Source: Anaerolineae bacterium (GTDB taxonomy: Bacteria; Chloroflexota; Anaerolineae; Anaerolineales; UBA4823). Taken from it: DNA of 64,000 nt. Location: positions 77,647 to 141,646 of the forward strand of contig JBGOXS010000001.1 in NCBI GenBank assembly GCA_041479245.1, written 5' to 3'. The notes under the pieces are model-generated. The model worked only from the letters and a program-made list of their open reading frames with translations, had not been told where the DNA came from and searched no databases. Both the position numbers and the translations under genes were made by a program. Below, piece after piece: positions 45,883 to 54,880 of the stretch (positions are counted from its first letter, which is position 1; each line of letters begins with the position of its first letter).

Positions 45883-45918
45883 GCACCCGGACTTTTTGTC
45901 CGGGTGCTTATTTATTAT
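45883..45918 (+). terminator. Rho-independent terminator after the 1199-aa nucleotidase gene
   Basis: Perfect 10-bp stem gcacccggac/gtccgggtgc with loop ttttt, followed by ttatttattatt. Confidence 0.8.
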
Positions 45919-46004
45919 TGTTTACCTATCTGCCTGGTGGTTTGACAAATTTTTCGCTAAACGCCATAATTTCATAACTTAGGATTCCCGAGGAGTGATT
46001 TTCG

Positions 46005-46033
46005 TTGACTTGGTCAAAAATAGTTGCTATAAT
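46005..46033 (+). promoter_or_regulatory. Consensus sigma-70 promoter of the 1215-aa phosphodiesterase-nucleotidase gene
   Basis: TTGACT (46005-10), a 17-nt spacer, then TATAAT (46028-33). It is preceded by the same GGAGTGATTT element seen at 41994-42003. Confidence 0.7.
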
Positions 46034-46124
46034 GAAGGCATGGTCTAAATCGAGGTTAGATTACTTACCTCAGAATGGATCTACAGGGAGATCATTGATT
46101 ATTGCCAGCCATATCAGGTAATTA

Positions 46125-46137
46125 GAAAGGAGGTGTG
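46125..46137 (+). promoter_or_regulatory. Upstream SD-like box (GAAAGGAGGTGTG) inside the long leader
   Basis: aggaggtg at 46128-35 lies about 125 nt before the start codon and is followed by a small hairpin ggtg-tgttcg-cacc. A separate SD (gagaggagg) lies at the start. Confidence 0.4.
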
Positions 46138-46258
46138 TTCGCACCGGTTTATCTGTTCTAAGACGTCAGTAATGTCCCCTCTGTAGTCATGGAACGATGA
46201 ATCACAGGGGATTCCCTTTCGAACAATTTAATATTGCGTACAAATCAATGAGAGGAGG

Positions 46259-49200
46259 ATGTACGTGAAACGAATATTCTATTTAACCATGGCGTTGGTG
46301 TTATTGGTTGGTATCATGCCGGTCGCAAGTTTAAGCCAGGCTGGTACCGAAATAGACTCTAACCCAACTGCAATCTTTTATGCTGCCGATGGCATGCGCC
46401 CGGATTTGATGGAGCGCTATGCTGCTGAAGGCAGCATGCCCACCTATGCCAGTTTAATGGATCAAGGTGTGAAAGGCGACAACGGTTTGGTACAAGCTTT
46501 TCCACCCAACACCGGGGTCGGCTGGTACACACTGGCTACCGGTGCCTACCCAGGCGAAGCAGGCTCAACCAACAATACCTTCTTCCGCTCCGGTGATGCT
46601 TCGTTCAACAACTCCACATCTTCATTCACCAACGGCATATTGCAGGCGGATACGATCCAGCAAGCCGCCGAGCGGGCCGGCAAAGTGGTAGTCTCGGTCG
46701 AATGGTCTGGCTCGCGCAACCTGGTACCGGCCCTTAATGGCCCTGTGGTGGATTACCGCACTTTCTTCTCCAATCGCGGCATCCTGCTGAATTATGACCT
46801 TCCCGGACAGCCTGCAGGCGCCAATGCCTTCGGCGTCAAGTACGAGCGTGTTGTTCTCGCCCTCGCCGCCGGTTGGACGAACGTCCCAACATCCTACAGC
46901 CCTGCTCAAGAGCAACAGCTGGATGTCGTTCCCTACGCTGCCGGACCGGCGAACGGCAAGTACGACCTGTACATCTACGATTCAACGAACGACGCTACGA
47001 CGAACTACGATCATGTGCTGGTTGTTCCAAACACCGCTGTGAAGGTTGGGAGCGCGGCGGTCGCTGATCTAATCGTTGGCGCGTGGGCCGACATCAAGGT
47101 TCAGGTCCAGTCTCCCGCTGGTAAGACCGGCGGATTCTACTTGAAGGCGATGGAGATTGCCCCGGACCTCTCGAAATTCCGGATTTACTTCACCTCGATT
47201 GCTCGGGCAAATGCAACCTACAATGCACTGGGCACGGCAGGGTCTGTAGCCTTCGAGGAAACCCTTAATGCCACTTTCCCGAGCGCGACTGGAGGCGACT
47301 ATGCTCCGCAGGAATCTGGAATTATCGACGATGCAACCTATGTCGAACAGGGATTGATGTGGAAGAACGCTCAGTGGGCATACCTGGATTTCATCATCAA
47401 CTCACTAAATGTAAAGCCTGACTTGTTGATGCTGGGAACTGCGACCACCGACGAATTCCAACACCAGTTCCTCGCCCTCACCGGCCCTGCCGTTGTCAAC
47501 GGAGTGCCTAATACGCACTTTGACCCCGTAAAAGCTCCGACCTATGATGGCTACCTGCGCCAGGCATATTCGGAGGCCGATGCTACCCTCGCCTTGGCGC
47601 GCTCACTCATGGGTGGGAATCCCACCATTGTTGCGACCTCAGATCACGGGTTCGGTGCCCAATGGGAGGCAGTCCAGGCCGGGAAGGTTCTATCCGACGC
47701 GGGGCTGCAGTCTCCTGAAGTGAGCAGCAACTGCCGCGCCGCCTCCGGCGCTACAGCGGTCAACCTGGCGAAGGCCTGCTGGGCAGGCGGAACGGCTCAG
47801 ATCTATGTAAATACCTCCCTTCCAGCTGGCACAACTTATGAACAGGTAAGAACAGCTGTGGTCAACGCCTTCCAGGGCTTGACCGATCCTGCCAACCCTG
47901 GCGCCCAGGTGGTTCTGAAAATCATGATGAAGGAAGAGCTGCGCAATGTCGATGGTTCTGACTCGCTGCATCCGAATCGCAGTGGCGATGTGGTGGTCGT
48001 GCTCAAGCCGCCTTACCAGTTCGACGCGGCGACCAAGGGCCAGACCATCGCCTTCAGCCAGTTCTACGGTCAGCACGGTTACATGCCGGAAATGGTCGAC
48101 CTTGCCAACAATGTGAACATGCATGCCACCTTTGTCGCCGCGGGTCCAGGTATTCGCCATCAGGGAGCTATAACCGGTGTTCGTGCCGTGGATCTCGCCC
48201 CGACGCTCTCCTTCCTGTTGAAGATCCCTGGCCCGATCAACGCTCGCGGCAAGATCCTCTATAACTTACTGCCCAATCCAGGGCAGTACAAGGAAGCGGA
48301 CATTCTATATATAAGTGACTTCCATGGGCAGATCACCCCACTATCTCAGACTGCTGATACTGTGGGTCCATCCTTCGCTATCGGTGGGGCTGCGTATCTA
48401 AAACCGTGGTTTGATTTATACCGCGGAGAAGCCACTGGAGGCGGGAATTACAGCGTTATCACCCTATCAGGTGGAGATACTGTCGGTGCCTCGCCACCCA
48501 TCTCGAACTTCTTTGGCGACCTACCTTCCATCTTTGCAATGAATGATATGGGCCTCACTGCCGATACACTCGGAAACCATAGCTTCGACCGCGGTTCTGA
48601 ATACCTGCGTACAGTGCTTATCCCGGCTTCGAACTATCCTTACCTGGCGTCAAACGTCGTTTTCCAATCGAATGGCAAGCTACCGCCACAGTGGATGGCT
48701 TCTCAGGTATATAACTTTGAAGGCTTTAAGCTGGGCGTCATCGGCTATACTCTGCCCGAGCTGGCAACCTTGATCTTCCCGGGATATCTCGACCCGTTCA
48801 AGGTTTCCCCGCCTGTAGCAGCGATCAATGCGGAAGCTCAGAGGCTGCTCTCAAAAGGGAAGGTCAATGCCATTATCGCCGTTGGGCATATTGGCGCAGA
48901 TGGAACGGATATCCTGAATCCACTCCCCACCAGCCCTTTGCTCGTTCTGGCAGATCAGCTAGTGGGCGTAGATGCAGTCTTTGGTGGTCATACCCACAGC
49001 GAGTACATCACCTACCGTCCCGATGGCAAGCTGGTAACGGAAGCCCCCAATGCAGGACTGCGTTTTAACCGCATCCGGCTGGTCATCGACACGAATACCA
49101 AGCGGGTGATTTATAAGACTGCCGATTTCCACAAGCCGTGGGATATCGGTGTGACCGCCGATCCTACCATCCAGGCGATGATCGACCAGCTGAACGCAAA

Positions 49201-49906
49201 ACTTGCGCCCATCTTCAGCATCGTTATAGGCAACTCAACCAGGTATATCCCACGAAGTGACGCTTGCGGCCGAGCGGATGGCCGGTTATGTGAATCACTA
49301 ATCGGTGATGTAACCACTGACGCTCTTCGCAAGACCTACAACACCGATTTTGCCATCGAGAACTCAGGCGGACTGCGCGCGAACCTGACCTGCGATTCTG
49401 GCGCTACCTTCTGCCCGACATACACCCCTCCACCTTACCCCATCTCGCGGGGGCAGGTACTGGCAGTGCTTCCGTTCGGCAACGTCGTCTTCACCGTATC
49501 TATCAATGGTGCCGAGCTGAAGACATTCCTGGAGAACGGAGTCTCGCTGATGCCGAGCGCTCAAGGCAGGTTCCCCCAGGTCTCGGGTCTGTGCTTCACC
49601 TATGATATCTCCGCTCCAGCGGGCAGCCGAGTCTTGAGTGCAGTACGCCAGGCTGCGGATGGGTCCTGTACCGGTGCACCGGTCGACTTGACAGCTTCCT
49701 CCACCTACACGATCGCAGAGAATGACTTCATGGCAACAGGTGGTGATGGCTATCTGAACGTTTATGCGCGCGGTACCACTCAGAACATCATGGACCAGGT
49801 ATTAGCAGACTACATCACAGCGAATACCCCCATCAGCCCTTTAATCCAGGGACGCATCGTATGCACTACAAGTGGAGCTACTGCCTGCCCAGTAGTGACA
49901 CCATAA
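46259..49906 (+). CDS. Secreted fusion protein: N-terminal alkaline-phosphatase-superfamily nucleotide pyrophosphatase/phosphodiesterase (NPP-like) + C-terminal 5'-nucleotidase (metallophosphatase + 5'-NT_C)
   Basis: NPP-like motifs are [38 protein letters not shown] and GQHGYMPE. The 5'-NT part has [31 protein letters not shown] and GGHTH. The GTG at 46265 has better SD spacing than the ATG at 46259. Confidence 0.85.
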   Translation: MYVKRIFYLTMALVLLVGIMPVASLSQAGTEIDSNPTAIFYAADGMRPDLMERYAAEGSMPTYASLMDQGVKGDNGLVQAFPPNTGVGWYTLATGAYPGEAGSTNNTFFRSGDASFNNSTSSFTNGILQADTIQQAAERAGKVVVSVEWSGSRNLVPALNGPVVDYRTFFSNRGILLNYDLPGQPAGANAFGVKYERVVLALAAGWTNVPTSYSPAQEQQLDVVPYAAGPANGKYDLYIYDSTNDATTNYDHVLVVPNTAVKVGSAAVADLIVGAWADIKVQVQSPAGKTGGFYLKAMEIAPDLSKFRIYFTSIARANATYNALGTAGSVAFEETLNATFPSATGGDYAPQESGIIDDATYVEQGLMWKNAQWAYLDFIINSLNVKPDLLMLGTATTDEFQHQFLALTGPAVVNGVPNTHFDPVKAPTYDGYLRQAYSEADATLALARSLMGGNPTIVATSDHGFGAQWEAVQAGKVLSDAGLQSPEVSSNCRAASGATAVNLAKACWAGGTAQIYVNTSLPAGTTYEQVRTAVVNAFQGLTDPANPGAQVVLKIMMKEELRNVDGSDSLHPNRSGDVVVVLKPPYQFDAATKGQTIAFSQFYGQHGYMPEMVDLANNVNMHATFVAAGPGIRHQGAITGVRAVDLAPTLSFLLKIPGPINARGKILYNLLPNPGQYKEADILYISDFHGQITPLSQTADTVGPSFAIGGAAYLKPWFDLYRGEATGGGNYSVITLSGGDTVGASPPISNFFGDLPSIFAMNDMGLTADTLGNHSFDRGSEYLRTVLIPASNYPYLASNVVFQSNGKLPPQWMASQVYNFEGFKLGVIGYTLPELATLIFPGYLDPFKVSPPVAAINAEAQRLLSKGKVNAIIAVGHIGADGTDILNPLPTSPLLVLADQLVGVDAVFGGHTHSEYITYRPDGKLVTEAPNAGLRFNRIRLVIDTNTKRVIYKTADFHKPWDIGVTADPTIQAMIDQLNAKLAPIFSIVIGNSTRYIPRSDACGRADGRLCESLIGDVTTDALRKTYNTDFAIENSGGLRANLTCDSGATFCPTYTPPPYPISRGQVLAVLPFGNVVFTVSINGAELKTFLENGVSLMPSAQGRFPQVSGLCFTYDISAPAGSRVLSAVRQAADGSCTGAPVDLTASSTYTIAENDFMATGGDGYLNVYARGTTQNIMDQVLADYITANTPISPLIQGRIVCTTSGATACPVVTP

Positions 49907-49926
49907 TATTGTCGGATTAGTTTACC

Positions 49927-49966
49927 AGAAGGTCAGGAGCATCGATGCTCTCCTGGCCTTCTTTAT
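49927..49966. terminator. Hairpin between convergent genes (possible bidirectional terminator)
   Basis: agaaggtcaggagc-atcgat-gctctcctggccttct (imperfect), followed by ttattttat on the plus strand. Confidence 0.5.
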
Positions 49967-49967
49967 T

Positions 49968-51176
49968 TTATGGAAATTGGCTGAATAAGTCACTCAAGTC
50001 GGTCGCATTCGCCGCATCCCCCAGGAGCGGGGTGAGACCGAAAATCTCTTCGACCGTGCGTAATGTGGAGCTGTGAGTATAGTGGATGCTGTTTGTATAT
50101 CCCCCGCCCTTGGCGAACGGGGAGAGCGCGATCATCCCGATCGGGTGATCCCCATTTTCTGACTCGTCCCAGATAATAAATATGGCCCCTCCCTGCTGGT
50201 AGGCTTGCGATCCCATGATTATTGGGATCTGCGTGGAAAGCCAGGTGTCTCCGTTTTTGACAGCATCGGTGGTCTGGCAACCGTCTGAGTCATGCATGTC
50301 GTTACACAGGTTTGGCGTAATGAAGTTATATTGCGCTTGAGTGTTACTCATCAAATCCGCCTGCAGCTCGCTGTATGGCCGTTCATGTGCAATACAGTAA
50401 GCCGAATTTGGATCGTTGCGATGGGTAACATCATCAAAGAAGACCATAGGATTATGTTTGGGGGCATATAATCCCTTTTCTGTTAGTGGGCATACCTTAC
50501 CGCTGATACCTTCCTGGTAAGCTTTCCACGAGAAACCGGCCTGCTCAAGATATGTCACCAGGTGATCTGTGGTGCTTTGATGGTTGCTTTGCGGATCGTC
50601 GTCACTTTGCACTCCGAAGGACGTGCCTGCTTCCAGCCACAAGTAATTCGGCTCGCTTGGATGGTTGCCCGGTGGGTTAAAGTACCGTAGTGCATAAGAA
50701 GCTTGAGGCAATAGCGTCTGGTTGATGTACGGAGCGGAGGGGTTATTCTGGATATCTGACCAATTATGGTTCTCCATCATGATGATGAAAACGGTCTTGA
50801 TCTTGCCGGGAGGCGTCACTCTTGCTGCGGCTGGGGTGGTCACAGCTGTCGGCGTAGCTATTGTAGGCTGGGCTGTACCTGATGCGGGCGAAACAGCGGT
50901 GGTTTGGCTTGAGTTTATATCAGGAGTCGCTGTATGGTGAGGTGTTCGCATCCGGGTAGGTGTCACTGAGGGAGCTTGAACTGTTTGCCGGGCTGTAGCA
51001 GTCAAAGTTAGAGCGGCATTATCTGGTGTTGGAGTGACAGACGGACTGTTGTTTGAAACACTCGCACAGCCAACCAGCAAATATAGTCCAATTCCCAGGA
51101 TGACCCATTTTACGGACTTCTTGAAGGTTCTAGTGGAAAACCGATTTTCGTTGTAAATGTTATTTCTCCTCCCCAA
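49968..51176 (-). CDS. Lipoprotein of the phosphoesterase family (PLC/AcpA-type acid phosphatase)
   Basis: Lipobox LLVGC, a Thr/Pro-rich linker, then KTVFIIMMENHNWSD (ENxxFD-type motif) and WDESEN. The annotated start at 51176 is a TTG. Confidence 0.75.
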   Translation of the reverse strand: MGRRNNIYNENRFSTRTFKKSVKWVILGIGLYLLVGCASVSNNSPSVTPTPDNAALTLTATARQTVQAPSVTPTRMRTPHHTATPDINSSQTTAVSPASGTAQPTIATPTAVTTPAAARVTPPGKIKTVFIIMMENHNWSDIQNNPSAPYINQTLLPQASYALRYFNPPGNHPSEPNYLWLEAGTSFGVQSDDDPQSNHQSTTDHLVTYLEQAGFSWKAYQEGISGKVCPLTEKGLYAPKHNPMVFFDDVTHRNDPNSAYCIAHERPYSELQADLMSNTQAQYNFITPNLCNDMHDSDGCQTTDAVKNGDTWLSTQIPIIMGSQAYQQGGAIFIIWDESENGDHPIGMIALSPFAKGGGYTNSIHYTHSSTLRTVEEIFGLTPLLGDAANATDLSDLFSQFP

Positions 51177-51434
51177 CAGTATCGAACTTAATCATTATAT
51201 GCTATCTGGAAGCCAGGCGATTGATCGAGGCATTAGGGTTTGCTTAATATACTCGAGTTTTTATGACTGAAACTTCTATATTTTCAAACTGAATAGTTTA
51301 TGGATACATCATCAAGCTTCTCGCTTAATGGATGGAAAGTCTTTCTTTGAACCGTTCGGTAATCCTGCTTATATTCACATTATTCAACTTTGAGTACTCA
51401 GGTCGGCACTGTTTCTCTAGAATTTGCTATTAAA

Positions 51435-51647
51435 TCAATATAGCACCATCGATGGGGTCGAACATGGTGAGACCGATTCTTTTTCTACCATTTTCTTTAC
51501 TTCATAGAACTCATCATCAGGTGAGTCAGGATTGCAATGCACATCTACATAATTCACAAATCTAATCTTAATAATTTCTGAACCTGCTCCCTTTATACTT
51601 ACACCGGAGAACAGAAGAGTATTCTCTTCGATTTGGAGGTTTAGCAT
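51435..51647 (-). CDS. Possible small protein (70 aa from MLNLQIEENT...)
   Basis: An 84-codon open frame in an approximately 38% GC stretch. The candidate ATG shares the palindrome CATG with the divergent htrA start (a 2-nt head-to-head overlap). No SD is present. Confidence 0.25.
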   Translation of the reverse strand: MLNLQIEENTLLFSGVSIKGAGSEIIKIRFVNYVDVHCNPDSPDDEFYEVKKMVEKESVSPCSTPSMVLY

Positions 51648-52791
51648 GACTTGGAAAAAGCTGCTCGGATTCATTCTCGTTATGATCATCCTTGGTGGCG
51701 CCGCCCTGTTCGGCGCTATAGCAGGCGGAATCGTCGTCTACCAGCTGATGAGCAAATCCCAACCATCCACCACAATAATACCTACACCGGTAGCAGTACA
51801 GGTGATTCCTGCTGCCAGCCAAACCCAAACCCTGGATGTGAACACCACCGATGTTGAAACCGCGGTGACCAAGGCCGTTCAAACTGTAGGACCTTCTGTG
51901 GTGACCATCGTTGGCACTATTCCCGGCCAGCAGACATTCTTCGGCTATACCAGTGATTCAACTTCCACCGGCAGCGGGGTATTTATATCTTCCGATGGCT
52001 ATATCCTTACCAATAATCACGTCATCGAAGGCACTCAGCAGCTTCAGGTTATCTTCGCCGATGGCAGCCAGCAGGATGCCACCCTGGTGGGCACAGATCA
52101 ATATTCAGATTTGGCGGTGCTCAAAATCACCGGAACTGTGCCCGCAGTAGCTCAATTAGGTAATTCTGATGCCTTAAACCCCGGCGAAACAGTTATCGCC
52201 ATCGGCTCACCGCTGGGTGACTTCAAGAACACCGTCACCGTAGGTGTGGTCAGTGCTACCGGCAGGTCGATAGACACCGGTAAGGGGTATACCATCGACG
52301 GTTTGATCCAGACTGATGCCGCTATCAACCAGGGCAACTCAGGTGGTCCGCTGGTCAACCTGGCGGGAGAAGTGATCGCCATCAATACTCTGATTATCCG
52401 CAATAGCAGCACCGGCACCGTTACTGAAGGGCTTGGTTTCGCCATCCCCATCAACACCGCCCGGGTTGTGTCTGAGCAGATCATCCAAAATGGTCACGTT
52501 TCCCGCCCCAACCTGGGCATTAGCTGGCAGCCCATCACGCCGCGTGTCGCTGCGGTTTACCGCCTGCCGGTCCAATACGGAGTCTATATCACCAATATTG
52601 CTGCCAATAGTCCCGCCAGCCAGGCCGGACTGCAGGTGGGGGATATCATTACCGCAATCGATAACACGACCCTGGATGAGACTCACGCCTACATCAACAC
52701 CCTGTTCCACTATTCCGCTGGCGATACAGTCACGCTTACCATTAACCGTAATGGCAGACCGATCCAGGTTCAGGCGACGTTGGGAGATTAA
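51646..52791 (+). CDS. htrA: HtrA/DegP-family serine protease (S1C) with N-terminal membrane anchor and one PDZ domain
   Basis: Catalytic triad contexts are TNNHVIEG (His), DLAVLKI (Asp) and GNSGGPLVN (Ser). A PDZ-like C-terminus contains GLQVGDIITAIDN. RBS ggaggtttagcATG. Confidence 0.92.
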   Translation: MTWKKLLGFILVMIILGGAALFGAIAGGIVVYQLMSKSQPSTTIIPTPVAVQVIPAASQTQTLDVNTTDVETAVTKAVQTVGPSVVTIVGTIPGQQTFFGYTSDSTSTGSGVFISSDGYILTNNHVIEGTQQLQVIFADGSQQDATLVGTDQYSDLAVLKITGTVPAVAQLGNSDALNPGETVIAIGSPLGDFKNTVTVGVVSATGRSIDTGKGYTIDGLIQTDAAINQGNSGGPLVNLAGEVIAINTLIIRNSSTGTVTEGLGFAIPINTARVVSEQIIQNGHVSRPNLGISWQPITPRVAAVYRLPVQYGVYITNIAANSPASQAGLQVGDIITAIDNTTLDETHAYINTLFHYSAGDTVTLTINRNGRPIQVQATLGD

Positions 52792-52824
52792 GGGCAATAA
52801 GGATTATTACTTGAGTTAAAGTAC

Positions 52825-52856
52825 GAGAAGGAGAAATAATATCCTTCTCTTTTTTA
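52825..52856 (+). terminator. Rho-independent terminator after htrA
   Basis: Stem gagaagga/tccttctc with a 9-nt loop, followed by tttttta. Confidence 0.75.
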
Positions 52857-52964
52857 TATATTCTTCTGATGTACAAGGATTCAAAATTTACCAAATCCAA
52901 ACCGTCTTATGCTATACTTGCGGACAGCGCACAATCCACAAGATAATACAGGAGGCAAAATTTT

Positions 52965-53354
52965 ATGACAGGTTATGTTGGCGATATTGAGAAACTGACT
53001 GAGAAGAATAATTATTTCCGCCAGGTGCTGTACACCGGCAAATATACCCAGCTGGTCGTCATGTGCCTGCAGCCGGGTGAGGAGATCGGCGACGAGGTCC
53101 ACCACACCGTCGACCAGTTCTTTCGCATTGAGGAAGGAGAAGCGAAATTCGTGTTCAATGAGAAGGAAGAGCACGTTGTCCATAGTGGTGACGCGGTCAT
53201 CGTCCCGGCTGGCACCTTCCACAATGTGATCAACACTTCATCCAAGGAGCGGCTCAAGCTTTATACCATCTATTCCCCACCCAATCACCCGGATGGAACC
53301 ATTCACAAGACCAAAGCCGAGGCTGAAGCTGCTGAAGCTGCCCACCATCATTAA
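52965..53354 (+). CDS. Cupin-domain protein
   Basis: 129 aa with GEEIGDEVHHTVDQFFRIEEGEAKF...GDAVIVPAGTFHNVIN, the two-motif cupin signature. RBS caggaggc. Confidence 0.8.
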   Translation: MTGYVGDIEKLTEKNNYFRQVLYTGKYTQLVVMCLQPGEEIGDEVHHTVDQFFRIEEGEAKFVFNEKEEHVVHSGDAVIVPAGTFHNVINTSSKERLKLYTIYSPPNHPDGTIHKTKAEAEAAEAAHHH

Positions 53355-53379
53355 TTATTTACTCTAATTGTTCCACCCG

Positions 53380-53415
53380 CCTCCCGCAGCTTCAGTTGCT
53401 GCGGGAGGTTAATAT
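53380..53415 (+). terminator. Probable terminator after the cupin gene
   Basis: Perfect 11-bp stem cctcccgcagc/gctgcgggagg with a 7-nt loop. The T-tract is weak (ttaatatt). Confidence 0.55.
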
Positions 53416-53444
53416 TCCCAAACAACTTTATTGAGGAGAGTTCC

Positions 53445-54875
53445 ATGCATCGTGGATATGTCATCATTATTTTTCTGCTTCTGAGCTCCCTGGCTTGCGG
53501 TTTCTTTGGCACAGCCACTCAAACTCCACAGGTCATTAATTCTCCTGTTCCACAGAGCACATCTTCTCCGATTCCCCAGGTTACCACCACCCCGAAACCA
53601 GGCACTACCCAGGCTCCGGTTGCCCCGGGTACAGCTACATCCACTTCAGCACCGACCAAGACTCCCTACCCCACGTCTGTGCTGGATACATCCCTCACCA
53701 ACGAGATCAACCTGATCCAATCCCAGGTGATAAAGGAACGCGGCCTGCAGCTTAACCATCCGGTGCCGGTGGTGCTGCTTTCTCCCGATGAGCTGCACCA
53801 AAATACGATCAACGATTATCAGTCAGGTTACAATGATCAACAAGCTGCCGATGATGTGATCGAGCAATCAACCATTGGCCTAATAGAGCCCGGTTTTGAC
53901 TTGCGAGGATTCATGATCGAACTGCTCAGTGAGGAGGTTGCAGGTTATTATGATAATGAAACAAAGGAGATGTTCATCGTCCAGGGGCAGGGGTTCCAGG
54001 GACCGGAGCGCCTGACCTATTCGCACGAGTTCACGCATGCTCTTCAGGACCAGAACTACGATATCCAAAATGGGCTTAACTTTAACGATAATTCCTGTAA
54101 AGTGGATACCGAACGTTGCGCTGCTATTCAAGCGTTAATAGAAGGAGACGCCACACTATCTCAGACGTTTTGGTACCAGAATTACGCCACAAATCTGGAT
54201 CAAAAGCAAATTATTGACTTTTACGATTCTTTTAAAAGCCCGGTCTTAGACAGTGCACCGGCATACCTGAAGGAGGATTTCGTCTTTCCTTATAACCAGG
54301 GCGCGACGTTCGTCCAGGATATCTATAATCAGGGCGGCTGGCCAGCTGTGGACGCGGTTTACCAGAATCCACCGGTTTCCACCGAACAAATCTTGCATCC
54401 CAATCTCTACACCTACGACGAGCCCATCCCGGTGACTTTACCCGACCTGACCAACTCCTTGGGGGAGGGTTGGCGAGAGTCTACGCGCAACCAAATGGGT
54501 GAATGGTCTACCTACCTGATCTTGGCGCGCGGAGTTAATGAAAAGGCTCGCCTGGATGACAACACCGCCCAGTCTGCCGCGGCAGGTTGGGGTGGTGATA
54601 ATTACGTCGTACTCCACAACGATGCCACAGGTCAGACAGCCTTCGTGATGGAGAGCGTTTGGGATACCTCCAACGACGCAGCCGAGTTCGCTTTTGCTTT
54701 CGAGAAATATGCCGATGCCCGCTATGGGGTAACCTCTACCAAGCAGGGCAATACCTCCACCTGGACCTATGATGTTGGCGTAACCACCTTATATCTTTCG
54801 GGAGATACCACGATTTGGATCACCGCCCCCGATCCAGCATCGATCCAGACGCTTACTGGTTTAGTCCAGCCCTAG
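53445..54875 (+). CDS. Lipoprotein with HExxH motif (putative secreted zinc metallopeptidase)
   Basis: Lipobox LLSSLACG, a Pro/Thr/Gln-rich linker, and YSHEFTHALQDQ (HExxH). No further family assignment was possible by eye. Confidence 0.55.
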   Translation: MHRGYVIIIFLLLSSLACGFFGTATQTPQVINSPVPQSTSSPIPQVTTTPKPGTTQAPVAPGTATSTSAPTKTPYPTSVLDTSLTNEINLIQSQVIKERGLQLNHPVPVVLLSPDELHQNTINDYQSGYNDQQAADDVIEQSTIGLIEPGFDLRGFMIELLSEEVAGYYDNETKEMFIVQGQGFQGPERLTYSHEFTHALQDQNYDIQNGLNFNDNSCKVDTERCAAIQALIEGDATLSQTFWYQNYATNLDQKQIIDFYDSFKSPVLDSAPAYLKEDFVFPYNQGATFVQDIYNQGGWPAVDAVYQNPPVSTEQILHPNLYTYDEPIPVTLPDLTNSLGEGWRESTRNQMGEWSTYLILARGVNEKARLDDNTAQSAAAGWGGDNYVVLHNDATGQTAFVMESVWDTSNDAAEFAFAFEKYADARYGVTSTKQGNTSTWTYDVGVTTLYLSGDTTIWITAPDPASIQTLTGLVQP

Positions 54876-54880
54876 TATTA

